From assembly GCA_052143575.1 (NCBI GenBank), contig JBKQSP010000043.1, positions 88,921-152,920 of the forward strand: a stretch of DNA of 64,000 bases. Reading direction: 5' to 3'. The translations under genes were made by a program, and so were the position numbers. Under the pieces are notes generated by a model, which worked only from the letters and a program-made list of their open reading frames with translations, did no database searches and was not told where the DNA came from. This document shows positions 9,342-18,781 of the stretch, piece after piece (position 1 is the first letter of the stretch; each line of letters starts with the position of its first letter). The DNA comes from Acidimicrobiales bacterium. GTDB lineage: Bacteria > Actinomycetota > Acidimicrobiia > Acidimicrobiales > Bog-793.

Positions 9342-11441
9342 TCAGCGCCCAATTCCGAGGCGGCTGAGATCCTGCTGCACGTCCGGCCAGACGTAGGCGC
9401 CTTCGAATCCGACAGGCGGAATGCCAAGGGCGGCCTGGTAGTAGGCGATCACCGCCGTGGTCCGCGATCCGTAGGGCACGACCGTGACGGCACCGACGTC
9501 ATAAGTCTTGAGGAAGATCTGGATCGCCCGGGCGGTAGCGGCATCGTTCGGCGGCGGTGGTCTCGGCTTGTCGTACAACCCCCAGAGGAGAACCTGTTCG
9601 GCCTGCACGGGGGCGAGCAACAGGGCGGCCGCTTGAATCGGCTTGCCCGTCGGTCCCGCCACGGCGCCCCGGAAGGCGATCAGCTTGAACCGCATCCGGG
9701 CGGCAGACTGCCACAAGAGCGCCTGGTCGTTGGACCCTTCGTAGGAGATCGGCAGCGGGTAAGAGAGCACGACCGACCCCGATTTGAGGGGTGAGTTCGC
9801 TGCCGTGAACAGCGCCGGCACACCGCTCGGGGTCGAGGGGTACGGCAGCGCCGGGAGGAGGGGCGCCAGCGCGAGGGCGGCGATGGCGAGGCAGGCCACG
9901 GTTCGGCCGGTATTGAGGCGCCGAAACCGCGGCGGGGAGGCAGTCGCCTGCTGTTTCCTCGGCGCACGCGTGCCCTGCGCCCGACCCAGGTTGGCGAAGA
10001 TGCCCTCGACCCACATCCGGTCGAGCCCGACAGCGAGTACGACGGCGATACCGAGGTACATGATGAACGAATATCGCAAGTCGAGGGCGCCGTTGATGAT
10101 CGGGATCTTGACGATGAGGTCGAAGGGGAGCCGGACGTTGCCTTTGCCCCGCCCGAGTGTGACCACCCAGCCACCGAAGGCGACGAGGCTGAACAGCTGC
10201 ACCAAGCCGACCCGTCGGCAGCGGATCACGATGAAGGCCAGGAGCACCAGCATCGTGACCCCGACATATGTCGTGTGCTCGACCCCATTGTGCTGCACGA
10301 GCGCCTCACCTTTGGCGAGCCAGCTGCCAAGCCCGAAGTGCTGGAGGCTCGTGGGATAGATGAGCGAAGCGGGATAGGAGTGGTACTGGTCGAGCTCCGA
10401 TACCGGGTGCGGCGGCCCGGAGACGTGGTAGGGCCCGGCGAAATACATCCAGATCGGGTAAGCGGCGATCACCAGTGCCGTCGCACCGGTCGCGGCGAAG
10501 CCTCGGACGAGGTCGCCGAGGCGCTCGCGGGCAGCGACTGGATGCCGGATGGCGAGCACAGCGAAAGCGCCCGCGGTTGCCAACAGAGAGATGACCAGGA
10601 TCTCGGGGGAGATCATGATCTGGGCGGCGACGACGACGCCGAGCAGAACGCCGTTGCGTATGAGGTGCCTGCGCCGGATGACCAACTCGTCGAGCAAGGC
10701 CATCATGATCGGAGGGAGCGGCACGAAGATCAGGAACAGATGCGACTGGGCCTGACCGACCATGAAGGGGCAGAACTCGTAGAGGAGGCCGCCGATGAAG
10801 GCTGCCGGCCACCAGGTCGTCCAGCGGCGGAGAACAAAGCACATCGAGATGCCCGAGAGAGCAAAGGCGAGGCGCATCAGCAAGGAGAAGGTCGACAAGG
10901 CGCCAAAGGTCAGCGTGAAGGGGGCGAAGGCGATGCCCAAGAGCGGGTACGCCGTGTTGTTCATCAGGTTCACGCCGTGCGGGTAGGCCACCCATGACGA
11001 GTAGAAGGGGTTCAGGCCATGCGAGAGGGCGTAGGCGGGCCAGGCGAGGAACCAGATCTGAGACGAGATGTCGCCGCAAGCACACGGTGGCAGGGTCGTG
11101 CTCGTCGCCGGCGGGTGGGCACCGTAGATGAGACCGCCGAGAACGGTGTAAACGATCACGCACAGCAGCGGTGGGCCGATCCGCCGCAACCCCCGCCGTC
11201 GCGTCGGGCGATCAACTGGCAGAAGGTCGCTCGGAAGGGTCGAGCTCGGCAGTATCGAGCTCGGCAATGTCGAGCTGGGCAGTGTTGAGCTGGGGAGGCT
11301 CGAGGCAGGCAGCGTCGATTCCGGAAGATCTGAAGGGCGTGCGACCGTATCGCCAGGTTCCGGTTCGGTCGCTGGGGTGCTGGGGCTGTCAGATCCGCTG
11401 CCGCCGACGCCACGGTCGTCGTTGGCAGCCCCAGCGCTCAT
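9342..11441 (-). CDS. Polytopic membrane protein, probable GT-C fold glycosyltransferase
   Basis: About 12 TM segments and a first loop GDISSQIWFLAW...YPHGVNLMNNT typical of actinobacterial GT-C-like proteins. Confidence 0.6.
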   Translation of the reverse strand: MSAGAANDDRGVGGSGSDSPSTPATEPEPGDTVARPSDLPESTLPASSLPSSTLPSSTLPSSILPSSTLPSDLLPVDRPTRRRGLRRIGPPLLCVIVYTVLGGLIYGAHPPATSTTLPPCACGDISSQIWFLAWPAYALSHGLNPFYSSWVAYPHGVNLMNNTAYPLLGIAFAPFTLTFGALSTFSLLMRLAFALSGISMCFVLRRWTTWWPAAFIGGLLYEFCPFMVGQAQSHLFLIFVPLPPIMMALLDELVIRRRHLIRNGVLLGVVVAAQIMISPEILVISLLATAGAFAVLAIRHPVAARERLGDLVRGFAATGATALVIAAYPIWMYFAGPYHVSGPPHPVSELDQYHSYPASLIYPTSLQHFGLGSWLAKGEALVQHNGVEHTTYVGVTMLVLLAFIVIRCRRVGLVQLFSLVAFGGWVVTLGRGKGNVRLPFDLIVKIPIINGALDLRYSFIMYLGIAVVLAVGLDRMWVEGIFANLGRAQGTRAPRKQQATASPPRFRRLNTGRTVACLAIAALALAPLLPALPYPSTPSGVPALFTAANSPLKSGSVVLSYPLPISYEGSNDQALLWQSAARMRFKLIAFRGAVAGPTGKPIQAAALLLAPVQAEQVLLWGLYDKPRPPPPNDAATARAIQIFLKTYDVGAVTVVPYGSRTTAVIAYYQAALGIPPVGFEGAYVWPDVQQDLSRLGIGR
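11227..11318. repeat. Degenerate 15-bp tandem repeat (~6 units) encoding (S/T)xLPS
   Basis: gagctcggcagtatc/gagctcggcaatgtc/gagctgggcagtgtt...; the protein reads STLPASSLPSSTLPSSTLPSSILPSSTLPS. Confidence 0.85.
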
Positions 11442-11507
11442 TTTGGGGGACAGTACCAGGCGATGTCGGGTCCATGGCGACCGCCGAACCGCTCCAGAGG
11501 GAGAATC

Positions 11508-11948
11508 TCAGGTCGGAGGGACGAGCTTGAAGAGCGCTCGCCCCGACCCGCCCGGCCGTTCGGTCGGGTCACCGGCGGCCTGCTCGTTGCGCAGCATGGC
11601 GGCGGCAGAGACGAAGTAGTTGAGGACGGCGGCCTCATCGGTCTCCGTGAGACCGCCCGCTCGGACGGCCGCCTGCATGTGCCGCAGCCAGGCATCGTGC
11701 TCGGGCGTGCCGATTGAGAAGCGAGCGTGCCGCATCCGCAGGCGGGGGAGACCGCGGACTTCGTTGTAATGCGGTGGCCCCCCGAAATACTGGGCGAGAA
11801 ACATCGCCAGGTGCTCCCGAGACTCCGTCAAGTCCTTCGAGTAGAGCGGACGGAGAACGGGATCGGACTCGACTCCGGCGTAGAAGCGAGCGACAAGGGC
11901 ATCGAACCAGTCCCGACCACCGACGCGCTCGTACAGGCTCTGCTCCAC
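11508..11948 (-). CDS. glbO: Group II truncated hemoglobin (trHbO-like)
   Basis: SLYERVGG, FYAGV..DPVLRPLY, FL.QYFGGP and PRLRMRH; GTG start 7 nt after TAGGCT. Confidence 0.88.
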   Translation of the reverse strand: MEQSLYERVGGRDWFDALVARFYAGVESDPVLRPLYSKDLTESREHLAMFLAQYFGGPPHYNEVRGLPRLRMRHARFSIGTPEHDAWLRHMQAAVRAGGLTETDEAAVLNYFVSAAAMLRNEQAAGDPTERPGGSGRALFKLVPPT

Positions 11949-12049
11949 TGTCGAAAGCCTAGGGAAACGACCCGCCGACGACGGCCGAGGCGCACTCACC
12001 GCTCCGGGCGCGGGCGATGGCCGGAGAGGGACGCGATAGGGTCTGGCCC

Positions 12050-13225
12050 ATGGGGTTTCGGGGGAAATGGCGCCTGTTCTCCGCCGGAGCGCTCGCCTTG
12101 GCCGGCATCGCCGGCGTGACCTACGGCCTCACGTCCCCCCGTCCGGTGGCCGCCCGGTCCGTGAGCCCGCCAGGTTCGGCGGCGCTGGCAGCCGCCAAGC
12201 TCATCGACGGGCGCCGGGTGACCACGATCAACCTCGAATCGCCGAACGCCTACACGCCGCACGCAGCCAAGGGCTCCTACGACGACTACCACTGCACGCT
12301 GCTCAACCCGCACGTCACGGCGAACTCGTTCATCGTGGCCAGCCAGTTCTACCCCGAGAGCATCGAAGTGCATCACTCGATCCTCTTCCTCGTGCCGCCG
12401 AGCCTGGCAGCGGCCGCCGAGAGGGCGAACAAGGGCGGCAAGGGCTGGTCCTGTTTCGGTGAAGCCCCCATCCCCGGGAGCTCGAGCTTCCAGTTCGCCG
12501 ACACGCCGTGGTTGGCGGCGTGGGGTCCGGGTGCCCCGGAGAACGTCGAGCCGGTCGGTACCGGAATGCCGCTGCCGGCGGGCAGCCTCGTGGTCATGCA
12601 GATCCACTACAACCTCCTCCTCGGCGACAAGCCGGTGCAGAGCAGGATGCAGTTGCTGACCGTGCCGGCGAGCACACCGCTGCAACCCTTGAGCTTGGCC
12701 CTCTATGCGGCGCCGCCCGACATCCCGTGCCCGTCGGGCGTTCACGGCCCCTTGTGCAACCGCGCCGCCTCGCTGCAGTTCACCGGGCGCGAGTTCGGCC
12801 AGAGCGAGATCAACTTCATCAACATCCTCGAGCAGCTGTGCGGGCGTAACCCGGCCGATCCGCCGAGTGGCGACTCGACGAGCTGCACGTACTCGGTGGG
12901 ACGGTACGGGAACATCGTCCGCATCGGCGCCCACATGCACCTGCTCGGGGTGTCCATGCGAGTCGTGCTCAACCCTGGGACGCCGCAGGCGGTCGTGCTC
13001 TTGAACGACCAGCACTACGACTTCAACTACCAGCGCGCCTACAACATGGCCAAGCCCATCGCGGTCACGCCGTCCGACAAGATCCAGGTGAGCTGCACCT
13101 ACAACCCGAGGCTGCGCCAGGAGATCCCCTACCTCCGCGACCTGCCGGCGCAGTACATCACCTGGGGTGACGGCTCCGCCGACGAGATGTGCCTCGCCAT
13201 CGTGGCGATGACGCCGGCGACCTGA
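12050..13225 (+). CDS. Secreted copper type II (PHM/DBH-like) monooxygenase
   Basis: Signal or anchor peptide. CuH ligands VHHSI and QIHYN; CuM ligands AHMH and DEMC; YDFNYQ motif. ATG 7 nt after TAGGGT. Confidence 0.85.
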   Translation: MGFRGKWRLFSAGALALAGIAGVTYGLTSPRPVAARSVSPPGSAALAAAKLIDGRRVTTINLESPNAYTPHAAKGSYDDYHCTLLNPHVTANSFIVASQFYPESIEVHHSILFLVPPSLAAAAERANKGGKGWSCFGEAPIPGSSSFQFADTPWLAAWGPGAPENVEPVGTGMPLPAGSLVVMQIHYNLLLGDKPVQSRMQLLTVPASTPLQPLSLALYAAPPDIPCPSGVHGPLCNRAASLQFTGREFGQSEINFINILEQLCGRNPADPPSGDSTSCTYSVGRYGNIVRIGAHMHLLGVSMRVVLNPGTPQAVVLLNDQHYDFNYQRAYNMAKPIAVTPSDKIQVSCTYNPRLRQEIPYLRDLPAQYITWGDGSADEMCLAIVAMTPAT

Positions 13226-13238
13226 TCACTCGACAGCC

Positions 13239-13811
13239 TCAGTCGCCCGCCCAGCACCCGAGGATGAGCGCGGCGACGGTATAGGCAACGTCCGCCCTGC
13301 TCGTCGGCGGTTTTCCGAACTGTGCCGGGAGCGGCGAGATGTCGACGAGGAGCACCTTCCAATCCTTTCGGACGACGACGGAGCCGTCGGATGTCGTGAA
13401 GGCCCCCTGCCCGAGATTGCCGAGCGGGCCAGTGTCCCCCATCGACGAACCAAGGGAATGGAAGTAGGTCATCGTCTGTGGCCAGCTCGAGAGCTCCTTC
13501 ACCGACAGCACGAAGGCGCCGTCGGGATACTCATAGCGGCACGAATACAGGTGGTCCACCCAGCTCGGCGTTGCCACATGCGCTGTCACACCGAGGACGC
13601 GCTGAATCTCACCCTGCGCTTTGGGAGCGCACACCATCTTGGCGATGGCCGACGGGTCTTTGCCCGCCGGCTGAGGCGCCTCGGTCGTCGAGGCGACCGA
13701 GCTGGCACCGGGGGCCTCCGTCGTCGCCACGGAACCGGAGCTCCCACAGGCGGACGCCAACAAGCCGACGGCGGCAAGCGCCCCGAGGAGGGTCAGTCTC
13801 GCCGGTCGCAC
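13239..13811 (-). CDS. Hypothetical lipoprotein
   Basis: Lipobox LASA-C-GSSG, Ser/Thr/Pro linker and three further Cys; GTG 6 nt after TAGGGT. Confidence 0.75.
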   Translation of the reverse strand: MRPARLTLLGALAAVGLLASACGSSGSVATTEAPGASSVASTTEAPQPAGKDPSAIAKMVCAPKAQGEIQRVLGVTAHVATPSWVDHLYSCRYEYPDGAFVLSVKELSSWPQTMTYFHSLGSSMGDTGPLGNLGQGAFTTSDGSVVVRKDWKVLLVDISPLPAQFGKPPTSRADVAYTVAALILGCWAGD

Positions 13812-13904
13812 CCCCGGACCCTACTGCGGCCCGGCTTGGCGGCCGGAGTCAGCCGGCGAGCCGGCGGGCCCGGACGGCAACATGGTGAAACTAGTCTGAT
13901 GCTC

Positions 13905-14186
13905 ATGACCGGGACAGGCAGCGGAAACCCGAGCTCGGCCGAAGGTGCGATCCCCTCTGCATCATCGCTCGTCACGGTCGGCCTCGACATAACCGGTATG
14001 CACTGCCCATCCTGTGCGGCACTCATCGAGGAGTCTCTCTGCGAGCAGACGGGCGTGGCCGAGGCCACGGTCGACCTCGACGCTGCTCATGCCGCCGTCA
14101 CGTTCGACCCCGGCGTGGCGGCACTCGACGACCTCTGCGCCGTCGTCGTCGGCCTCGGCTACGAGGTCGCACCGAGCCTGGCCTGA
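13905..14186 (+). CDS. copZ: Heavy-metal-associated (CopZ-like) copper chaperone
   Basis: ITGMHCPSC HMA motif, directly upstream of a P1B ATPase. Confidence 0.85.
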   Translation: MTGTGSGNPSSAEGAIPSASSLVTVGLDITGMHCPSCAALIEESLCEQTGVAEATVDLDAAHAAVTFDPGVAALDDLCAVVVGLGYEVAPSLA

Positions 14187-14202
14187 GAGCCGCCCGGCCC
14201 TG

Positions 14203-16908
14203 ATGCTGACGGCGCCTCCCGGCTCGGCCGGCGGAGCGGGCTCCCCTGCGCCGGATGCGGTCGAGCACCGTCTCGCCACCGTCGAGCTGGCCCTTGGCGG
14301 GATGCACTGCAGCGCCTGCGCCATCCGTATCCAGAGAACCTTGGCCGGTCGGGCAGGCGTCGTGAGTGCGGCCGTCAACCTAGCCACCAACAAGGCGTTC
14401 GTGGCCTACGACGACGACGTCGTCGCCACCGACGCCCTGTGCGAAGCCGTCGCCGGGGTCGGCTACACGGCAGCGATCGCCGAGACCGGCACCTCGGCCG
14501 GCCCGATCATGCACACCGACCGGTGGGTCACACGGGCAGTCTTTGCCTGGGTTCTCTCGATCGCGGCCTTCTGCCTGGCGATGTTCGGGCCGGCAACGGC
14601 CACGGTGGGCTGGGGAGTGCTCCTCCTTGCTGTGGCCGTCGAGATCGGCGGCGGCTGGCCCTTCCTCCGAGCATCTGTTCGCCTCCTGCGGCACGGCACG
14701 ACGAGCATGGACACCCTCATCGCTGTCGGGACGATGGCGGCCCTTGCCGTCACGGCGGTCGAGACCATCGCGCTCGGTGGTCGGCACGTCCACCTCGGCG
14801 GAGGCGGCGCCTTCGCCGCCAAGCTGCACGGAGTCATGGGGCCGCTCATCATCTCGGTCCTGGCTACCGGTCGGGCCGTGGAGGAGCGTGCCCGCGACCG
14901 GGCCGCCGCCGCCATGCACTCGCTCCTCAGCCTGCGGCCACCGGCGGCGAGGGTCGTGAGCAGCGTCGACGACGACCAGGGAGAGCTCGTGCCGCCCGAG
15001 AGCATCCCCGTCGGCGCACTCGTGCGCGTGCGGGCCGGCGAGACGATCCCCCTCGACGGCATCGTCGTGAGCGGCTGGTCGGCCATCGACGAGTCCATGC
15101 TGACGGGGGAGCCGCTTCCACGCGACCGTGGACCCGACTCGCCCGTCACGGGCGGCACGCGCAACGGCAGCGGCGCCCTCGTCGTCCGCACCGCCACGAT
15201 CGCCGCCGAGTCCGTGCTCACGCGCCTGCAGCGCTTGGTCGAGGATGCGCAACGGGACAAGGCCCCCTTGCAGCGGCTCGCCGATCGCGTGAGCTCGGTC
15301 TTCGTCCCCGCCATCCTGCTCGGAGCGCTCGTGACGTTCCTGGCCTGGTGGCTAGCGGCCGGCAACTTCGGCGTCGCGGTGCTCAGCGCCATCGCCGTCC
15401 TGCTCGTGGCCTGCCCGTGTGCGATGGGGCTGGCGGCGCCCGTGGCCATGATGGTCGGCTGCGGGCGGGCCTCGGCCCTCGGGATCCTCATCCGCAGCGG
15501 CGACGCCCTCGAGCAGCTGGCGCACGCCGACACGGTCGCCTTCGACAAAACGGGCACCTTGACCGAGCGAGCGGCCCGCGTGACGGCGGTGCTACCGGCG
15601 GCGGGCACATCGGCGGGAGATCTGCTGGCGCTCGCCGCCGCTGTCGAGGCGGACAGCGACCATCCCATCGCCGCCGCCATCCGAACGGCCCTCGCCGGTG
15701 ATCCCGTCACGCCGCCGCGGCGGCAGACCGCCAACCGTGAGCTCCCGGGCGTCGGGGTGGAGGGCACGATCGACGGGCACGCCGTGCAAGTCGTGCGCCT
15801 TGATGCAAGACCCCTTCCCGACGAGGTGGCCGTGGCGGTCTCCGAGCGCCTCACCCGGGGCGAGACGCTCGTTTTGACGACGCGGGACGGCGTCGTCGTC
15901 GGAGCGATCGCCGTGAGCACCCCGGTTCGGCCGGAGGCAGCCACTGCCGTGGCGCGCCTGGCTGCCTTGGGCATGACGACGACGATCCTCAGCGGTGACA
16001 GCGAGGCGGCGGTGCGCACCGTGGCGACGGAGCTCGGCATCGACAGCAGCTCGGGCGCCTTGAGCGCATCGGAGAAGCTCGAGGCCATTCACCGGCTGCA
16101 ACAGCAGAGCCACCGTGTCGTCATGGTGGGTGACGGGATCAACGACGCGCCGGCGCTGGCGGCCGCCGACGTCGGATGCGCCATCGGCAGCGGAACAGAA
16201 GCTGCCATCGCCAACAGCGACATCGCTCTTCTCGGGAGCGACCTCGAAGGGGTGCCGGCCGCCGTCGCAGTCGCCCGCTCGACATTGTCGGTCATCCAGC
16301 AGAACTTCGGGTGGGCGATGGGCTACAACATCGCCGCCCTGCCGCTGGCCGCTGCCGGGCTCCTCGACCCCCTCGTGGCCGCCGTCGCCATGGGCCTGTC
16401 GAGCCTCATCGTCGTGTTGAACAGCCTCCGCCTCATGCGACTCGGCCGGGCGGGACTCAGCCGCCTGCAGGCCCCCCGGCTCCTGACGGGCATCCGCGGC
16501 GTCGCGCTGTCGGTCGCCGTGCCGATGGCGCTGTTCGCCGGGGCAACGGTCATCGGCCAGGTGGTTTCGCCCGCACGCGGTCAGCCACTGCTCCCGACGC
16601 TGCCGAGCATCGTCGACGTCGCCCTTCCGGGCGGCGCCACGGCAGAGGTCTACCTCAACTCCGCAACAGCGGGCGTCAACGGGTTCCACCTCGTCGTCGA
16701 GCGGGGCGACAACCCCGTCGCCGCTACGGGCGTCACGGTGACGGCCCTGCGCAGCGGCCACCCGCCCGACCCCATCCGCCTCAGCCTGCTGAGCACGGGC
16801 CACTATCTCGGCTACACCGTGCTGTCGCCAGGCACCTGGCGGTTCGACATCCGGGCGAGGGTACAGGGGCTCCATGTCGCCTTTTCGGTGACCCGCCGGC
16901 TGCACTGA
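14203..16908 (+). CDS. copA: Cu(I)-translocating P1B-type ATPase with an extra C-terminal TM helix and soluble domain
   Basis: GMHCSAC metal-binding domain, TGE, CPC, DKTGT, HP, GDGINDAP, YN and MGLSS motifs. Confidence 0.92.
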   Translation: MLTAPPGSAGGAGSPAPDAVEHRLATVELALGGMHCSACAIRIQRTLAGRAGVVSAAVNLATNKAFVAYDDDVVATDALCEAVAGVGYTAAIAETGTSAGPIMHTDRWVTRAVFAWVLSIAAFCLAMFGPATATVGWGVLLLAVAVEIGGGWPFLRASVRLLRHGTTSMDTLIAVGTMAALAVTAVETIALGGRHVHLGGGGAFAAKLHGVMGPLIISVLATGRAVEERARDRAAAAMHSLLSLRPPAARVVSSVDDDQGELVPPESIPVGALVRVRAGETIPLDGIVVSGWSAIDESMLTGEPLPRDRGPDSPVTGGTRNGSGALVVRTATIAAESVLTRLQRLVEDAQRDKAPLQRLADRVSSVFVPAILLGALVTFLAWWLAAGNFGVAVLSAIAVLLVACPCAMGLAAPVAMMVGCGRASALGILIRSGDALEQLAHADTVAFDKTGTLTERAARVTAVLPAAGTSAGDLLALAAAVEADSDHPIAAAIRTALAGDPVTPPRRQTANRELPGVGVEGTIDGHAVQVVRLDARPLPDEVAVAVSERLTRGETLVLTTRDGVVVGAIAVSTPVRPEAATAVARLAALGMTTTILSGDSEAAVRTVATELGIDSSSGALSASEKLEAIHRLQQQSHRVVMVGDGINDAPALAAADVGCAIGSGTEAAIANSDIALLGSDLEGVPAAVAVARSTLSVIQQNFGWAMGYNIAALPLAAAGLLDPLVAAVAMGLSSLIVVLNSLRLMRLGRAGLSRLQAPRLLTGIRGVALSVAVPMALFAGATVIGQVVSPARGQPLLPTLPSIVDVALPGGATAEVYLNSATAGVNGFHLVVERGDNPVAATGVTVTALRSGHPPDPIRLSLLSTGHYLGYTVLSPGTWRFDIRARVQGLHVAFSVTRRLH

Positions 16909-16980
16909 CCGCCGGCTGCACTGGCCGCCGGCTGCACTGGCCGCCGGCTGGGCTGGCCGGCGGCTGGGCTGGCCGGCGGG
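16893..16980. repeat. 16-bp tandem repeat, ~5.5 units, between convergent genes
   Basis: CCGCCGGCTGCACTGA, CCGCCGGCTGCACTGG x2, CCGCCGGCTGGGCTGG, CCGGCGGCTGGGCTGG, CCGGCGGG. Confidence 0.92.
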
Positions 16981-17010
16981 GCGGTGAGCCCGCTCAGGGC
17001 GAGAGCGCCC

Positions 17011-17691
17011 TCACCGCATGACGACGAGCATGTAAGCCATGGCGAAGCACATGGTGATGTGAGTGGCGATCTCGAGGCGAGGCGCCAGCCAGCGGCGGTC
17101 CTGAGCACGCATCACCTCGGCGACGGCGAACCTCGGTCCCTCACTCATTGTTGCGGTGCCGACAGGGGCGGGCAGCCGGGCGAAGCGAGTGATGCCGTCG
17201 CCGTACCAGACGGCGGACACGAGGAGAGCAAAGGCGAAGACGAACGGTATGCCCGAGGCCGCCGTGCCGACATGGGAGGCGGCCATCGACGCCATGTCCG
17301 CGGTCGCCGCCGCAGAGCCGACGACAGGGAACGCTACGAACATGTAGAACATGGCGGCAACCATGGCCAGGTGCGTGACGTAGTGAGAGGCATGGTGCAG
17401 GTGGTCGTCGTCCCAGCCCCGCAATCCCCAGCGGCGGACGAAGTGCACGACCTGTCCGGCGAACCAAAGGGCCAGGGCGCCGAAGACGATCTCCCAGAGC
17501 CCGTCGGGCAGAGAGCGCAGCGCCGGTAGCAGCATGCCCGCCATGGCGACGCCCATGGCGACGTGGGCCACGTCGACGTCGAGGTGAGTCGCCCGGCGCT
17601 CCTTCCAGGCGAGGACGAGCCGGCCCAGGCAGTAGGCGGCCGTCACGAGCATGAGGATGGCGAGCACATCGACGAGCCCGGCGGGACGCAT
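17011..17691 (-). CDS. DUF5134-like His/Met-rich membrane protein
   Basis: DVAHVAMGVAMAGML, HLAMVAAMFYM and HITMCFAMAYML in TM helices. Confidence 0.75.
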   Translation of the reverse strand: MRPAGLVDVLAILMLVTAAYCLGRLVLAWKERRATHLDVDVAHVAMGVAMAGMLLPALRSLPDGLWEIVFGALALWFAGQVVHFVRRWGLRGWDDDHLHHASHYVTHLAMVAAMFYMFVAFPVVGSAAATADMASMAASHVGTAASGIPFVFAFALLVSAVWYGDGITRFARLPAPVGTATMSEGPRFAVAEVMRAQDRRWLAPRLEIATHITMCFAMAYMLVVMR

Positions 17692-17694
17692 TGC

Positions 17695-18690
17695 TCAGCC
17701 CCGCATCTCGACGGCGGACGCGGCGGACAGATCGGTACGGCGAGGGCGCAGCGGCCAGTAGGCCGCCGCCAACAGGATCAGCAGCGGTCCGCTGTTGGGG
17801 TCGGTGGCCGGCCCGGAGAACACGCCGCCGAAACCTTCGCCGACGACCCAGATCGCCACAGCCGCCACGCAGGCGAGGATGAGGGAGGCCCGCCGGATCG
17901 ATCTCGGCATGAAGACGGCGACAGCGATCAGCCCGAAGAGCACGGCCGTGGCGATCGCCACCCCGCCCCCGCGGCCGGCGAGGTCCTGAGCGATGCTCCG
18001 ATCCAGCGCCGCCAGCCAGGTCGGCTGACCTGCGGTCATGGAGCGGATCACGCCGCTGATTCCGTCCGGCTGCCGGTTGAACGAGGAGACTGAGAGAACG
18101 GCGAGGCCGCTCCACAGCAGCAGCCAGATGAGCCGGGCGGGAATCGCTCCGAGCGGTCGAGCAGCCACGAAGTCAGCGTGGCCGCCGGGTGGTGCCGGCC
18201 ACAACAAGATGGCAAGGAGGGCGTACAAGAGGACCGCCCCGGGTGCGCCGGTGAGTGGGCTTGCGGTGCCCGTCAGGAGGTTCCCGAGACCCTCACCGAT
18301 CCACCAGACACCGAGCGACCAGGCAACGGACAGCCCGAGGGCGATCCTCACGGTCGGCCGCCAGGCGATGCCGACGGCGATCAGCAGCTGCGCGCCGGCA
18401 AAGGCGACGCCGGCAAGGGTGGCATGGCGCGACATCTCGCCGGCCGACCAGGTGATGGCGCTCGCCACCGAGGCCGGGTTGCCGCGGGCGAAGGGTGCGA
18501 TCATCTCGGAGCCGAAGCCGGGCGTGAACATGAACGGTTGCAGCTGCAGCACGGCGTCGAACAGCCAGAGAGCGGCCAGCGACAGCTGCAGGACTCGCCG
18601 GGAGTCCGGGAGGCACCACGGCTCCGTGCGGGGCACGACCCGCCGCAGCGACCGCCCGCCGGTGGTGCCGGCAACCGTCCCCGCGCTCAA
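17695..18690 (-). CDS. Hypothetical polytopic membrane protein with a two-fold WxxGEGxG repeat and TDPNS motif
   Basis: Hydrophobic, and clearly paralogous to the N-terminal domain of 29062..31035. Start codon uncertain. Confidence 0.7.
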   Translation of the reverse strand: MSAGTVAGTTGGRSLRRVVPRTEPWCLPDSRRVLQLSLAALWLFDAVLQLQPFMFTPGFGSEMIAPFARGNPASVASAITWSAGEMSRHATLAGVAFAGAQLLIAVGIAWRPTVRIALGLSVAWSLGVWWIGEGLGNLLTGTASPLTGAPGAVLLYALLAILLWPAPPGGHADFVAARPLGAIPARLIWLLLWSGLAVLSVSSFNRQPDGISGVIRSMTAGQPTWLAALDRSIAQDLAGRGGGVAIATAVLFGLIAVAVFMPRSIRRASLILACVAAVAIWVVGEGFGGVFSGPATDPNSGPLLILLAAAYWPLRPRRTDLSAASAVEMRG

Positions 18691-18781
18691 GGTCGCACCG
18701 TCCTCCCGGGTCGATCGCCCGCCCGTAACTTACCTACCGCCCGCGTGCCGTCGCTGCGCGCGGGCAGGCCCCCCCGGCGCG

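Noticed and set aside
16893-16980. Possible CRISPR array
   Set aside because: Contiguous 16-bp units with no spacers, and no cas genes.
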